Origin: Dendrobates tinctorius
Lineage: Eukaryota
Direction: 5' to 3'
NCBI RefSeq assembly: GCF_039654945.1
Contig: NW_027361738.1
Span: forward strand, 82,398,001 to 82,462,000
DNA length: 64,000 bases
Position 1 is the first letter of the stretch. Each line of letters opens with the position of its first letter. The notes below the pieces were generated by a model, which was not told the DNA's origin, ran no database searches, and saw nothing but the letters and a program-made list of their open reading frames with translations. This document shows positions 1 to 13,728 of the stretch, piece by piece. The position numbers and the translations under genes are program-made.

Positions 1-2820
1 TGGAGTCTAATTGGAACCCTAACATCTGAAGGGAATGCAGAATGAGTCTGGACTTCTGTACATTGATGATCCAGCCTAGATCCTGCAAAGATGAGATCGT
101 GTCAGCCACACTGGGTGACAGTTCCCGATAATTAGGAAGTCATCTAGGTAAGGCACGATTAGAGAGTGTCTTTTTGACGAAGATAGGCCATCACCTCTGC
201 CACTCTGCCATGACCTTGATGAAGATTCTTGGCATTGTAGAGAGGCCAAAAGGCATGGCTGTATACTGAAAATGACGGATCTTGCCTTCGAATACCACCA
301 CGACCCTTAGGTACTTTTGGCATCTATCATGAATAGGAAGATAGTAAGCATCCTTAATGTCAATCCCCACCATTACATAGTTTGGAAAGGCTTTATGGTG
401 GATCTGATTGATTCCATCTTAAACTTATAATTTATAAACGTGTTGAGCATCCTTAAATTTATAATTGTCCTAAACGTACCATTGGTTTGGAAATTAAAAG
501 GAGAGTAGAATCCTCTACCTTCCTGTCCCTCTGGGACTTCTACTAAAACCCCCTTGGATAGTAGGCTCTGAATTTCCTCTTCGAGGGCCTTTTTGTTAAA
601 CTATAGAGTTAAGGCAGGTTATGATAAAGAAATCATAAGGGATTTGAAGGAATTCCATTTTCATTCCTTTAATTATACTTAGAATCCATGGGCTCGAAGT
701 TATTTGTTCCCATTTTGATTAAAAAAAATTTTAATCTACCCCCTACTGGTGGGTCTAATTTTTTAATATTTATTTTCCTTCCAGAATGTTGAACCCCTGA
801 ACATGCTACCCCTTTTGCTTTTCCTCCTTCGTGGGCCATCTATTTGGTCTATCCGTTTGTCTCCTTCTTCCAAACGGTCGCCTTTTAAAGGTTCCCCTGT
901 AGAAAGTGATAGAAGAATCAGGGAAGGCCTTCTTCCTTTCTTTTGCTTTGGCGTGCATGTCATCTAGGGCTTTCCCAAAGAGAAACTCACCCTCACACGG
1001 GGTTGCGCAAATCTTAGATTTTGATTGAGCTGGAAGGGGGACGCGCATCCACAGTGCCCACCTGGCGTTGTTTACAAGAGCTGCCGATCTTGCTGCCAGC
1101 CGCAGAGTATCTGCCGATGCATTGGCCATGAAGGCTGCTGCCCCTCTGATTAATGGAATAGCGACCTGTAATTTTTACCGACACACCTTCTGCTCGATTT
1201 GTTGGTCCAGCCACACGAGCATAGATCTGGTGGTGCATGTCCTGGCTACTGCTGGCTTAAAAATTCCCGTGGTAGATTTCCAAGACCTTTTCAATGACGA
1301 CTCTGCCTTACGGTCTAGCGGGTCTGCCAACAAGCCTGCGTCCTCTACTGAAATGGTAGACTGTTGCAAGGTAGAGGCTACAACAGCATCAACCTTTGGC
1401 ACTTTGGTCCATTTTATAGCTAGTCATCGCTAAATGGATATTTTCTCTTTGAGGCCGATGGGAGAAAACTTCTTTGATTGTTTTTTTCCCCCACTCTCTT
1501 TATTATGGCCTTAACTGCCGGTATCACTGGAAATACTCCTTTTCCGCCAACATAATTTCTTGTGCGGTTTGGGCAACCCTTGCTTCCTCACGGATTTGAC
1601 CAGGTTATCCACACTATCCAGGGGAAAACATGACCGTCCCTCCATGTCTGATGACAAGGATGTGAGTGAGGAATTGGAGATTAACCCCTGTTCTCCCTCT
1701 GACTGAGCTGAGGGTCACCTGTTTTTTGCTTCTAGCCTCTGAGGGAGTACTGGCATGGGTGATAGGGAGGAAATACAGGCTAATTATGGCCCGAATGTCC
1801 TTTAATGACACTGCTGACCCTTGCCTAGTCTCCTTGGTGCACTGTTTACAGAGCTTTTTGGGGTAGGAGTCAGGGAGAGGTTCAGCACATAAAGCGCATT
1901 CTTTAGGCTTGGATTTTTGTTTCTTCGCCTGGAGAGGGGAGACATGGCAAAAGGAGAGGGGGGGGGTAGGAGGAGAGGTCAGCTTAGTAGGCAGAGTATA
2001 TACATTGCACACTCACCCAGTGAAGCCTTATATTACTGGATCAGATGGCTGAGATCCCATCCTAGGTCTTGACTCTCCCACCTTGCCCCTGTGGGCGGTG
2101 TCTGTCCTGGTGGTGCGGTCCTTAGAGGAGCTGCACCCCCGCAGAGTCTCCTGCTGGAGCGTGTGCTTCTGTTGGGGATGACATGGTTCCTGCCACTCAG
2201 CTGCGGCGCTTGTTTAAATAGATTGCGCTTTTTTTCCTGCCCCCGAAGTCACTCCTCTTCACCAGGTTCCCGCACATGCACCGTCGCGCTCCTCAGCCAT
2301 CCTGCCCCGGAAGGTCACTCATTACTTCCGGGGCTCAGGAGCCTCTGCACCAGCCGGCTACTGTGCCACCACTTCTGTATGCAGCCCACGCTACCGCCAC
2401 TCTTCTCTCTTCCCCCTCCCCCCCCCCCTCTTTGCGCCACTGGCGCACTTACCGCTCCCTGCAATGGTGGCTCCTGCGCATTTGGTGCCCCCTGGCACGC
2501 TCCTAGGGGAGACCGGGCGGCCCCCACAGACCCGGTCTTCACCTCTCCGCCATCAGACGAGGGGGGGAGCAGTCTAACAGCGTCTCCCCCGATGCTGCTT
2601 CCGGATCGTAGCCCCTGCCGTTCTCATGGACACTGCGCAGGCAGCGTGCAAACCCAGGTAATGTCTTCCTGAAGGAAGAGTCCTGAGGTTCCCTGGGAAC
2701 AGGAAACTAAAACTGAGGAAAGGCGGACCGCCCCTTTTATCTTTCTGTAGGGTTTCCTGTTCCAAATGGGGTGGATCCGATACCTCCAGTGGGTGCCGTC
2801 GTGGCGAAGGGTAAAAATGC
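1..2820 (-). mobile_element. DIRS-type (tyrosine-recombinase) retrotransposon, decayed; 5' end, gag-like ORF1 and RT region, running off the window edge
   Basis: Minus-strand RT motifs IDIKDAYY, FQYTAMPFGLST.PRIF.K (191-373), IVPYLDDFLI (~130-160) and LGWIIN (~60-80). Upstream gag-like fragments: CALC..CKQC (1614-2012), PKVDAVVA..DPLDRKAE (1175-1402), ALW..PCEGEFLFG (806-1129). T-rich start near 2820 with an internal inverted repeat GGAACAGGAAAC/GTTTCCTGTTCC. Multiple frameshifts. Confidence 0.85.
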
Positions 2821-3161
2821 AAAGTGCATAAAAAAAAAAAAAAAAACAATCTATTTGACTAGGGTCAGAAAGCACACAGTACATGAATAGGATTATATAG
2901 ATTAAGTCTAATACCTCAAATACCCCACATTATGTATACACTGGCAGTGCAGATAGCAGCAAGGGGACATTATATTCCCAGTTTCTCAACATATTGCCAT
3001 GCCATATTTCTTTGATCAGTGACCACTAATGTTGACTGTCAGAACCAGAGAGGAAAGGGGGCTTAAGGAGCCAACATGCTGATTTTCCTCTCTAGTAGTA
3101 TGGTGTTTATCCTCCATTTTTCCTTGTAAGACAAATACTGTGGAGCCCAACATTTCATTAC

Positions 3162-3796
3162 CTTTTAAGTGACTGTATTTGTTCTTCAGAATGGCAGTCT
3201 GAAAATCCCTACGACCTTCTAAGAATTCCCATTCATCTGCTGAGAAGATTCCAGGGGAGCCTTCATAATTTGCAGAAAGCTGTTAAGAAACACAAGACAT
3301 TGATTAAGGTATTCTAGAACCGTGACAAGAGGAGTATCCGGGATTCAGGCAAGCTGCTTCAGGGGTTTTTTTTTTTTTTTTTTTTACCCTTTACTACCAC
3401 CACATTCCTTTCATACAGAAAGACCCAATAATCACACCACAATTAAAGTGTATTAATTTGCCACAGCTGCCTTTTATTAACATTACAAAAAGTTTAAAAC
3501 AACCTCCCAGAAGGGGTGGTCCTCAAAGCCCCAAAATCTATGAACTGCAGGTTTAATAATCCCACCTTGGCCCCAGGTTGAGTCTTACGTCTAGCCACTA
3601 TGCTCCAGCTCAGAGGCACCCATTAAGCAACCTGGCCAATATCCAAAACCATTAACCATGGGTCCCCTCTAACCCCTTCCATGGGTTAATTTAATCATCT
3701 GTCCACATGAATCCACTGGGGGGGGGGGGGGGGGTGCAGAACCTCTTGAGGACCCCCAGCAATCCACCATTAACCAACTCCAACTTCTAGGACTAA

Positions 3797-3831
<35 letters not shown>

Positions 3832-4695
3832 GTAAATAAATCAGCGTGAATATAGCAATTTGGAGAAAACAAATTAAAATTCACCTTTCCAGAAAGCAAT
3901 TGGGTTATTTGATTGTTGACTTCTCGAATTTTATCAGAGTTATCTTGTAAAGGTGGAAGCATCATCTGCGCAATAATGCTCCTTTTTCTTCTTATTAAAG
4001 CTTGCAGAATATCAGGCCCAAATAATGCTCTCCCAAATATTTCTTCATTGGTTGCTTGCTTCACCAACATGTACTGCTGTATATTGAGACAGGTGAAAAC
4101 ATTAAAACTCTGAAAGCCAAAGAAGTGTTACCATTTATTTATAGAGGGTTGGGGAGAGAAAAAAAAAAAAAAAACCCACACTTTAAGACCAGAGAAAATG
4201 TCCCTTTTCTACATGTGGACTTACAGTAATTCATGGGTAAAAATCATTCAGTGCCTACAGATTTTCCCCCATTATGGAGATTGACAGTTGGTGCTCTTAA
4301 AATCCTATGGAGGAGCCAAAGATTCTGCTGTGCACTTTTAAAACCAGCTGAAGCTCACCATAGAATTTTGTAAGCACCAACTATCACTGTCTATGTCAAC
4401 AATATGAAAAGCTGTCTTCACCAAACACAGATTTTACTTGTAACTTGAGAGCAATGCAGTCCAGGAGGAGACTAAAAAAAAAAAACACTCAAGTATTTCT
4501 CTGATCAGATACATTACAATATCTCATTTTCATGTCCATAGTGGAGTTAATCAAGATCGAAAGGACGGCTTACAGGTAATAAGTGAGACCATAGCAGGTA
4601 GTATTGGATTTTCTCACCTCTCCAGTCAGCAGGTAGATCAGGTAAATTGATCGGTTTATTATCTTTTTAGACAGGTTATCAAAGTCATCATCCAT
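3162..4695 (-). CDS. Gene C: divergent KRAB-like (XlCOF-type) gene, N-terminal exons 4695-4618, 4076-3885, 3279-3162; no zinc-finger exon in the window
   Basis: Exons translate as MDDDFDNLSKKIINRSIYLIYLLTGE / QYMLVK...DKIREVNNQITQLLSGK / LSANYEGSPGIFSADEWEFLEGRRDFQ... GT-AG sites and phases (0,0,1) match genes A and B, and the first coding exon has the same 78-bp length. Confidence 0.72.
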
Positions 4696-6095
4696 CTCAA
4701 AGACCTAATGAGCTGAACCTATCTGCAGGAAAAAAAAAAAAAAAAAAAATATTTAGTGCATGTTGCCGTCAGGGTTGTAAAGTTAAATAGTTTTTTTTCA
4801 AATTGCTTAGAATGTTTAAAGAAAATAAGGAATAGATGTTGACCTTTAATAGGGATTCTTTGTTACATTCCCCTCCCCAATTTTTAATATTACTTTAGTA
4901 GACCACTAAGATTATGTTGACAATGAATTTAGGGCATCATGTATTAGAAAAAAAAACAAAAAAAAAAACCCACACATTCACTTGGAAGAAGTGAACACTG
5001 GCCGCCATCCTGGCAGTGCCACTTTTCATATACATCTAAAAAAAAAATAAATAAAAAAATATGTATAAATGCTGCCATGATGAAGGTCAGACACTGTCTA
5101 TAGGGACAGTCTGCTTCTTTCAAGTGACTGGCTCAGTCAGTGCTCCCGCCAGACTACAGTTCTTTGGGGATTCTTTCAGAAACCCCAGCATATTGTTTGA
5201 AAGAGCACTGTAGTAATGTGAACCTAGCCTTACATGAGATATTTTGGCCACAAACTGTACTAAGATGCAGCAATTTTGCCAGAAGGAAGGAAAAAAAAAA
5301 ATAAATAAAAAAAAAAAAAAAATAGTATAGAAAATTCCCCATATAAGGTGCACAAGATTCTACAGTCACTGATCCAAGTGTATAGAAGCCAGCAGCATGG
5401 CGCCAACGCATGGCTCAATAGCACTTGCAAATCTACAACCCCCATCATACAGGCCAACAGCAGAAGAGATTTCCATTAGCTGGAAAGACATGAAGAAAAT
5501 AGAAGCAGACCTGACAAAGAGTGTGTATAACATAATAGGAGTACAGGGAGGGTATTTAACCGGCAATATACAATTATCACTAAATAGCCACACACAGTAT
5601 TTAATTTGTGCAGAAGAGGATATGCTCCCAGACATACAGGGGTGCAGCTACCACCCATCCCATTAGACCCAACTGGCCTTAAAAAGATGGTCTCCGCATA
5701 CAGCCCAAGACTATTCACCTTCGATAAATTTCACAAACATACTGAAGAACCGCTATTAAGGCATTTACTCAGCACGAACCCCAAAGCATGGCCTTACCTC
5801 ACTGCAATGGTGCAATTCTGAGAACCTTGGCTTCCAGGCGTGCCTACTTCTTATAGACGGCCCTTAATTAATGCAAGCTGGTACACAGCTGTGAGGTGCT
5901 GAATTCAGACGAGGCATATAGAAAAATTGTCCGATTTTCATCTAGACAAAAATTGACAATTTTTCATCCACATTATCATCCGTGTGTCGATTTTTTTTAA
6001 AATCCATGTTAATTTTGTTTTATACATTAACAATATAAAATATACTAAAAGACCAAATACGGTTTCCCGCTTTAATGATTGCAATGCATCTGTTA

Positions 6096-6451
6096 GGCTA
6101 TGTGCACACGTAGATTTTTGTCCTGCGGATTTCTCCGCACGGATTTGTAAAAATCCGCAGGTAAAATCTCAGGTCAAAAGACCTGCGGTTTACCTGCGGA
6201 TTAGCCTGCAGTTTATCACCTCTACAATGGAGAAGGTGTGAAGCCGCAGCGGAATCCGCACAAAGAATTGACATGCTGTGGATTTGAACCCGCAGCAAAT
6301 CCGCGCTTAAAAATCCGCAGCATGTGCACAGCATTTTTCAGTTTACCATTGAAAACAATGGTACTGTACAAAGCACCTAAATCTGCTGCAGACCCGCAGG
6401 GCCTGAAACGCTGCGGATCCGCAGCAGAATCCGCACCGTGTGCACATAGCC
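6096..6451. mobile_element. PIF/Harbinger-type MITE
   Basis: TIR GGCTATGTGCACACG...CGTGTGCACATAGCC, TTA target duplication on both sides, internal CTGCGGA/TCCGCAG motifs. Confidence 0.85.
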
Positions 6452-7624
6452 TTAAAAATTGAAGTCCCATTGACTTATAATGGGCTGATCCGAAATATGG
6501 AGCAAGGTAGACCATGCTGCGACCATCAGTCTGTGTGTGATCATCTATGAGCTACCACATTGATTTGCATTGTCTGTATGCGATCTGTTTAGCACACGGA
6601 CAGCACACAACACATTCTGCACTGGTCTGTACGAGTCCTAAGGTCGGTTTCACGAATCTTTTTTTTTTTTGTCATCGGTGAAAAAATGGTCCATGTTCCT
6701 TTTCCAGTGCGCGGGACCTATTTTTGGTCCGTGTGTCAGCTTCTACAATCCTTGTTGCACCAGTTTTACATATACGAAAAAATGCAATTGAGTTTCTCCT
6801 ACCTATTAATCAATAAAATACAGACTGCACCCAGAGGAAATCCTTTTTTTTTTTTCTTTTTACTGGGCATTGACTTGCACCAAAGAGTTTGATTCTCAAC
6901 ACGGATCAAAGTAGGACGTTTCGGTTTTCGAACAATCGGTCTGCAAAAGAAAAGGACGAGCAGAAAGACGCGTGCATCATTGTATTGGGTTTATGATCCA
7001 TCTGGAAAAATAATGGATGGCACAAGTCCCAAAAAAACTGATGCGCGAAGCCAGCCTGCGGCCGAGGCTACACGGCGACATGTGACGTGCAACAACAATT
7101 CTTAGACAAGTCACTTGATCAAAAATGTTTGTGCAACAGTCACGTGAATGTTTTCTAGCTGCGATTTTGCTGTAAAAAATACAACCAAATTGCATAGAAG
7201 TCGCAGTCGCATGTGACTTGCCATAAAGTGGGTCACATGCAGTTTATAACCAGCAGCAGAGCATTGAACATAACTGGAAACATTTGTATCTCTGGGGATT
7301 ACGATAATGTTTTATATTTGCCTTTGAATACTTGAACTGTTGCACTGCTTTCATATGTAATATGACGCACACACTAAGGGCCTGTGCACACGTTGCGCAT
7401 TTGTCGCTTTTTTTTCTGCACAGATTGTCACAAAACCTGAATGGTCTCCTGATACCAGCAAAGTTAATGAAGTTTCCTAAAGTCTCATGCACACGTTGCT
7501 TATTTTTGACTCGCAGATTTGGTGCAGAGTTAAATCTGTAGCATGTCAATTCATTCAGTGGATTTTGCTGCAGATTTCACTCATAGGCCGGGATCACACA
7601 TGCGAGAAACTCAGACAAGAGATG

Positions 7625-8430
7625 CGAGACAGAGGGAGTAAAGAGCATGGACACATAGTGTCTGCCCTTACTGTGCAATAGAGGGAGGATAGAGCATGGA
7701 CACATACAGTGTCTGCCCTTACTGTGTAATAGAGGGAGGATAGAGCATGGACACATACAGTGTCTGTCATTACTGTGTAATAGAGGGAGGTGAGATCATG
7801 GACACATACAGTGTCTGCCATTTCTGTGTAATAGTGGGAGGACAGATCATGGACATATAGTGTCTGCCATTACTATGTAATAGTGGGAGGACAGATCATG
7901 GACATATAGTGTCTTCCCTTACTGTGTAATAGAGGGAGGACAGAGCATGAACACATACAGTGTCTGCCATTTCTGTGTAATAGTGGGAGGACAGAGCATG
8001 GACACATACAGTGTCTGCCATTACTATGTAAGAGTGGGAGGACAGATCATGGACATATAGTGTCTTCCCTTACTGTGTAATAGAGGGAGGACAGAGTATG
8101 GACACATACAGTGTCTGCTATTACTTTGTAATAGTGGGAGGTGAGAGCATGGACACATACAGTGTCTGCCATTTCTGTGTAATAGTGGGAGGACAGAGCA
8201 TGGACACAAACAGTGTCTGCCATTACTATGTAATAGTGGGAGAACAGATCATGGACATATAGTGTCTGCCCTTACTGTGTAATAGAGGTAGGACAGAGCA
8301 TGGACACATACAGTGTCTGTCATTACTGTGTAATTGTGGGAGGACAGCGCATGGACACATACAGTGTCTGCCTTTACTGTGTAATAGAGGGAGGACAGAG
8401 CATGGACACATACAGTGTCTTTCATTACTA
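7625..8430. repeat. Minisatellite, 49-51-bp unit, ~16 copies
   Basis: Tandem GAGGGAGGACAGAGCATGGACACATACAGTGTCTGCCATTACTGTGTAATA. Confidence 0.95.
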
Positions 8431-8762
8431 TGGTATCTATGGTGGAGCTCGGAGGTCACATGTATTAGAGACAGGTGAGAGAGAAGCCGAGGTCAGTGAT
8501 CGTATATGTATGATGATGATGAGAGGCTGCACATCATGTTAGTGCAGTGTATGCTGACCCTGCTGTGTGCTGATTATTAGTCCCCCATCCCATGTAGGGA
8601 ATCTGGTGACCTCCATTCTTGTGCTATATATTTATCATGCTGTGTACACAGATCATTCTCACTATGTATGTGTAATCTGTGTACAGGCTCCATCGTTGTG
8701 CTGTATACTTATCATGTATACAGATCCAGTGAATCCAGGTTCTTTTCACTATATATATACAG

Positions 8763-10632
8763 CAGGTGATTCTCACAAAATTAGAATATCATCAAAAAGT
8801 TTATTTATTTCAGTTCTTCAATACAAAAAGTGACTCTCCTATATTCTATAGAGTCATTACACACAGAGTGATCTATTTCACGGGTTTATTTCTATTCTTG
8901 TTGATGATTATGGCTTACAGCCAATGAAAACCCAAAAGTCATTATCTCAGTAAATTAGAATACTTTATAACACCAGCTTGAAAAATGATTTTAAAATCCG
9001 AAATGTTGTCCTACTGAAATGTATGTTCAGTAAATGCGCTCAATACTTTGGTCGGGGCTCCTTTTGCCTCAATTACTGCATCAATGCGGCGTGGCATGGA
9101 GGCAATCAGCCTGTGGCACAGCTGAGGGGTTATGGAAGCCCAGGTTGCCTTGATAGCAGCGTTCAGCTCGTCTGCATTGTTGGGTCTGGTGTCTCTCATC
9201 TTCCTCTTGACAATACTCCATAGATTCTCTATAGGGTTAAGGTCAGGCGAGTTTGCTGCCAATCAAGCCCAGTGATACTGTTGTTTGTAAACCAGGTGTT
9301 GGTACTTTTGGCAGTGTGGACCGGGGCCAAGTCCTGCTGGAGAATGACATTTCCATCTCCAATAAGCTTGTCGGCAGAGGGAAGCATGAAGAGCTCTAAA
9401 ATGTCCTGGTAGATGGCTGCACTGACTTTGGTCTTGATAAAACACAGTGGACCTACACCAGCAGATGACATGGCTCCCCAAACCATCACTGATTGTGGAG
9501 ACTTCACACTAGACCTCCAGCAGCTTGGATTGTGGTCTCTCCACTCTTCCTCCAGACTCTGGGACCTTGATTTCCAAATGAAATGCAAAATTTACTTTCA
9601 TCTGAAAACAACACCTTGGACCACTGACAACAGTCCGGTTATTTTTCTCCTTGACCCAGGTAAGACGCTTCTGGCGTTGTCTATCGGTTACTCCTTGTGG
9701 AGTGTGTCAGTGACTGCCTTCTGGACATCTGTCAGGTCAGCAGTCTTCCCCATGATTGTGGAGCTACTGAAACAGACTAAGGGTGTGTGCACACGTTGCG
9801 TATTCTGCTGCGGATTTTTTAGCGCAGATTTTGCAAAATCTGCAGGTAAACCCGCAGGTCAAAAGACCTGCGGTTTATTTGCGGATTAGCCTGCGTTTTT
9901 GCCCTGCAAAAAGAATTGACATGCTGCGGATTAGAAACTGCAGCAAATCCGCATGGAAAAATCTGCAGCACGTGCACAGCGTTTTTTGTTTTTCATAGAT
10001 TTTAATGGTACTGTACACCGAAGCAGAATGCGCACAGACCCTTAGGCTATGCGCACACGCTGCGGAATCACCTGCGGGTTTTTTCCCGCGGAACCGCAGG
10101 TACAACCGCAGGTAAAGTGATCTGCGGTTTTGCCCTGCAGTTTATCACCTCTTCTATGTTAAAGGTGTGAAACCGCAGCGGAATCTGCAGGAACAATTGA
10201 CATGCTGCGGGAAAAAAAACGCAGCAAAACCGCGCGGGAAAAAAACGCAGCGTGAGCACTGCGGTTTTGAAAACCCATAGGGTTACATGGTACTGTACCA
10301 TGTCTGCGGAACTGCTGCGGTTCCGCAGGGCCAAAACCGCAGCAGAACCGCAGCAAAAACCGCAGCGTGTGCACATAGCCTCAGGGACCTTTGTAAACAC
10401 TCAGGAAGCCTTTACAGGTGTTTTATGTTATTCTTTCTAATTTACTGAGATAATGACTTTTGGGTTGTCACTGGCTGTAAGCCATAATTATCAACATTAA
10501 CAGAAATAAACACGTGAAATAGATCACTCTGTGTGTAATGACTCTATAGAATATAGGAGAGTCACTTTCTGTATTGAAGAACTGAAATAAATTCACTTTT
10601 TGATGATATTCTAATTATGTGAGACGCACTTG
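8763..10632 (-). mobile_element. Tc1-family DNA transposon with long (~200-bp) TIRs, internally deleted and decayed, interrupted by two MITEs
   Basis: Inverted termini CAGGTGATTCTCACAAAATTAGAATATCATC... and ...GATGATATTCTAATTATGTGAGACGCACTTG. Transposase fragments SVMVWGAMS, QQDLAPVHTAKST, NSPDLNPIENLW (9011-9588). Same family as 47989-49484. Confidence 0.9.
9781..10380. mobile_element. Two adjacent Harbinger-type MITEs (9781-10041 and 10045-10380) nested in the Tc1 copy
   Basis: Layout TAA-[GGGTGTGTGCACAC..GCGCACAGACCC]-TTA-[GGCTATGCGCACAC..GTGTGCACATAGCC]-TCA. The uninterrupted site GAAACAGAC-TAA-GGGACC is present (reverse complement) in the second Tc1 copy near 48230-48247. Confidence 0.85.
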
Positions 10633-11870
10633 TGTGTGATCTCTACACAGGTTCCCTCCCTGTGCTGTATCCTTATCATGTATGCAGATACTATGTATCT
10701 CGGTTATCACTACTACGGTAATTATATATGTCTGGTCTTTATGTACACCCATCTGAACCCACTCTAAGTTCACACTAGTTCTTTTTTTAAGGTGTTTTTT
10801 TCTTGCATTTTTGAAGCTTTTTTTGCGGCGGTTTTGGCATGCTAGATTTGTTTCTTGTGCATGCTGATAAAGTTTAGTGTTGAAAAAAGTCCTATCACAT
10901 AGAATCAGGTTTTAGCACAAAAAAACACACAGTAAAACAAGGTACCTGGGTATTTCCAACACCCATTCAAGTCAATGGGTAAAAAACGCTGAAAGAAGTG
11001 ACAAGGTCTAAGTCCGAAAAAACAATGTGTGTGCATGAGATTTGTGAAATCTCATAGGCTTTGCTGGTACTGTAAAATGCAGCTGAAAATTATCATAAAA
11101 AAACAATAAAAAACAAAGCAAAAACTTTTAGTGTGGACTTAGCCTTAGGCATATTTTCTAGGAAGCCACTTAACCTACAGGTTTATTCTTGTAGTGTGAC
11201 ATGAAATAAGCATAAAATGGTAGAATACACTGTACATAACATACATAGTTATAAATGTCATGGCTTATAATAAATTATTGCGTACATTTCATTATTTGCA
11301 CTTTTCGAGGGCTATCTTCGCCTTATAGGAGGGTTTAGGTTGTTTTTCTGCTTTCAATTAACCCAAAACAATCCTTTACAAGCCACATGGTCAGGATCTC
11401 TTCGCTCGGCGCCAGTGATCTCTCTCTTTGGCCAAGTTCACACAAAAAATAAAAATAAAAAAACAACTGATTTATCATCTGTATTGTCATTAGAATGTCG
11501 TTTTTTGTTTTTATATGTCAGCAATTAATAAAATGAACAAGACCAAATAGTTTCCTGTGTTAACACATTACGGACCAGAAATTTTGTTTGTTTTTTTTAG
11601 CTCTAATTTTTTTTTCCCTTCTTTCAAGAGCCATAACTTTTTTATTCTTCCATTGACATAAACCCTTGAGGACTTGGCACCTTTCTTTTTACCATACAAG
11701 GTACTGAAAAATGGCAAAAATTCCAAGTGTGATGAAATAGTTTCAAAGATTTGCTTTGTGGTGCTATGTCCAGTAACTCTTTTTTTTTCTGTTGATGGGG
11801 TTGAATGAGGGCATATTTTTGTGGGGCGAGGTGACTTTTTTTTTTATACAAATTTTTGTGTCATTGCTTA

Positions 11871-12114
11871 GGCCTGTTTCACACTTCCGTTTTTTCAAAT
11901 CCGTCAAAATCCGTTGTTTTCCGTAAAAAAACGGATCCGCTATTTTTTGCAGGATCCGTTTTTTTTTGTCCCATAGACTTCCATTACGGTTACCGCGGAT
12001 CCATCAAAAAAACGGATCCGTTTTTAAAAACCGGATCCGTTTGCATCAGTTTCCATCAAAAAAACGGAAACGGATCCGTTTGGCGGACACAAAAACGGAA
12101 GTGTGAAACAGGCC
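11871..12114. mobile_element. Harbinger-type MITE
   Basis: Long TIR GGCCTGTTTCACACTTCCGTTTTT / AAAAACGGAAGTGTGAAACAGGCC, flanked by TTA and TAA; internal CGGATCCG repeats. Confidence 0.85.
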
Positions 12115-12170
12115 TAATTATTAGAGTGCAGTCAGAAGGCCGTGTAACTCACATGAGGATTGGAATGTAA

Positions 12171-12386
12171 GGCCGGGATCACACTACTGTGTGCGATACG
12201 AGAAACTCGCACAAGTCTCTCGCATCAACACCCAGCGCTACCGCCGGCACTCAGGACCGGAGATGCGGCTGCATGTATTTCTATGCAGTCGCAGCTCCTG
12301 TCCTGAGTGCCGGCGGTGGCGCCCGGTGTTGATGCGAGAGACTCGTGCCAGTTTCTTGCATCACACACGGTAGTAGGATCCCGGCC
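12171..12386. mobile_element. Harbinger-type palindromic MITE nested in an older palindromic element (~12125-12525)
   Basis: TAA-GGCCGGGATCACACTAC...GTAGTAGGATCCCGGCC-TAA; the element is almost entirely self-complementary. Confidence 0.8.
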
Positions 12387-13728
12387 TAATGCTCGGACTG
12401 GCCGTCAGCTTTCCCGACCTGAGTGTGACAGCATTTATTTCTGTGCAGCTGTCACGCTCAGGTTGTGAGAGACGACGGCCAGTCCGAGCATTGCGATGTA
12501 ATCCTCGTCCGAGTTATACTGACTCTTTCTTAACAGTTTTTTTGGGGAGGTGAAGTGATCAAAAAACGCAATTCTGCCATTCTAATTTTTTTTCTGTTTA
12601 TGGCGTTTTAATTTCTTATTTTCATAGATCAGACCTTTTTATAAATCCAGTGATCAGAAATAAATGTATTGTGTGTATATATATATATATATTTTATTTA
12701 ATGGGAGAAAAGAGGGGTGATTTGAACTTCCTTTAATATATATATATTTAACTTTTTTCTTTATTTTTATACATTTATTTGTTAATCCCCCTAGGGGAGT
12801 TGAACTGATCGCTTGGACAATACTATAAATCTGCAATCTCAATCATCTGTGGAGCCTAGAGCTGAGCTTCACAGGCGGACAAAGAAGACAACAATGGGGG
12901 TCTTCAGCAGACCGCGGCTGTCATAGTAACCCAGCAGTATTTAAATAGTTAACAGCCGCGGCTGGAACTTGGCAACGGCCACTGCTGATAGACAGATGCT
13001 GGATATTAAATACAGCCAGTAGATGCTGCATGTGGAGGGAGCTCAGCTCACAGGACGGGAATATGGTGTCCATTCGCAGGAAGGAGTTAAGAATGGAAAT
13101 GTACCCGTAAAAGTCAGATGCTACATTGATGCTCCCATAGACTTGAATGGGTGAGTTTTATCTAAAATATGGAAGAGACTAGCACATGCTGCAATTTCTT
13201 TTTTCATGCATGTATGCAAATTGCCTCTTCGGAGAGGAAGAGGACTTGAACTCTATAGCGCCACCTGTTGTAATCAGAAATCCTACAAGTCACTATCGGC
13301 CCTTTAACGAGTCTTGCAATATGAATCGGATAAAAGACTCAGTTTGTAGACACAGTGTTTCAGGGTATTGCCCTTCATCAGTGAAAAGTATGAGAACTGA
13401 TTGGCTAGACCTTTTTTCACGCATCACTCAGATTAGGTGAAAAAAAATGTCATCTTTGAAGAGCCCAAATTAATAACATTGGTACGAGCGCCGTTCGTGT
13501 GAGGTCATTTTTTTTTTTCATGGACAACACTCGGACTGAAAATATGACTAATGGTTTGCCAAAGGTCCACCGAATACAAGACCTTTGGGAGCAGTAACAG
13601 ACAATACTGGAACATGAAGGAATTGGGAAATAAGGACAGAGCCGTAGATGGAGGGTAGTGTGATGAACGCTTTGTATTAGTATTCGGAGTCACAACAGAG
13701 CCGGGTAAAAATTATCCTGTATTTATCA

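Noticed and set aside
5397-5821. Short plus-strand ORFs upstream of gene C
   Set aside because: No recognisable domain or convincing splice structure.
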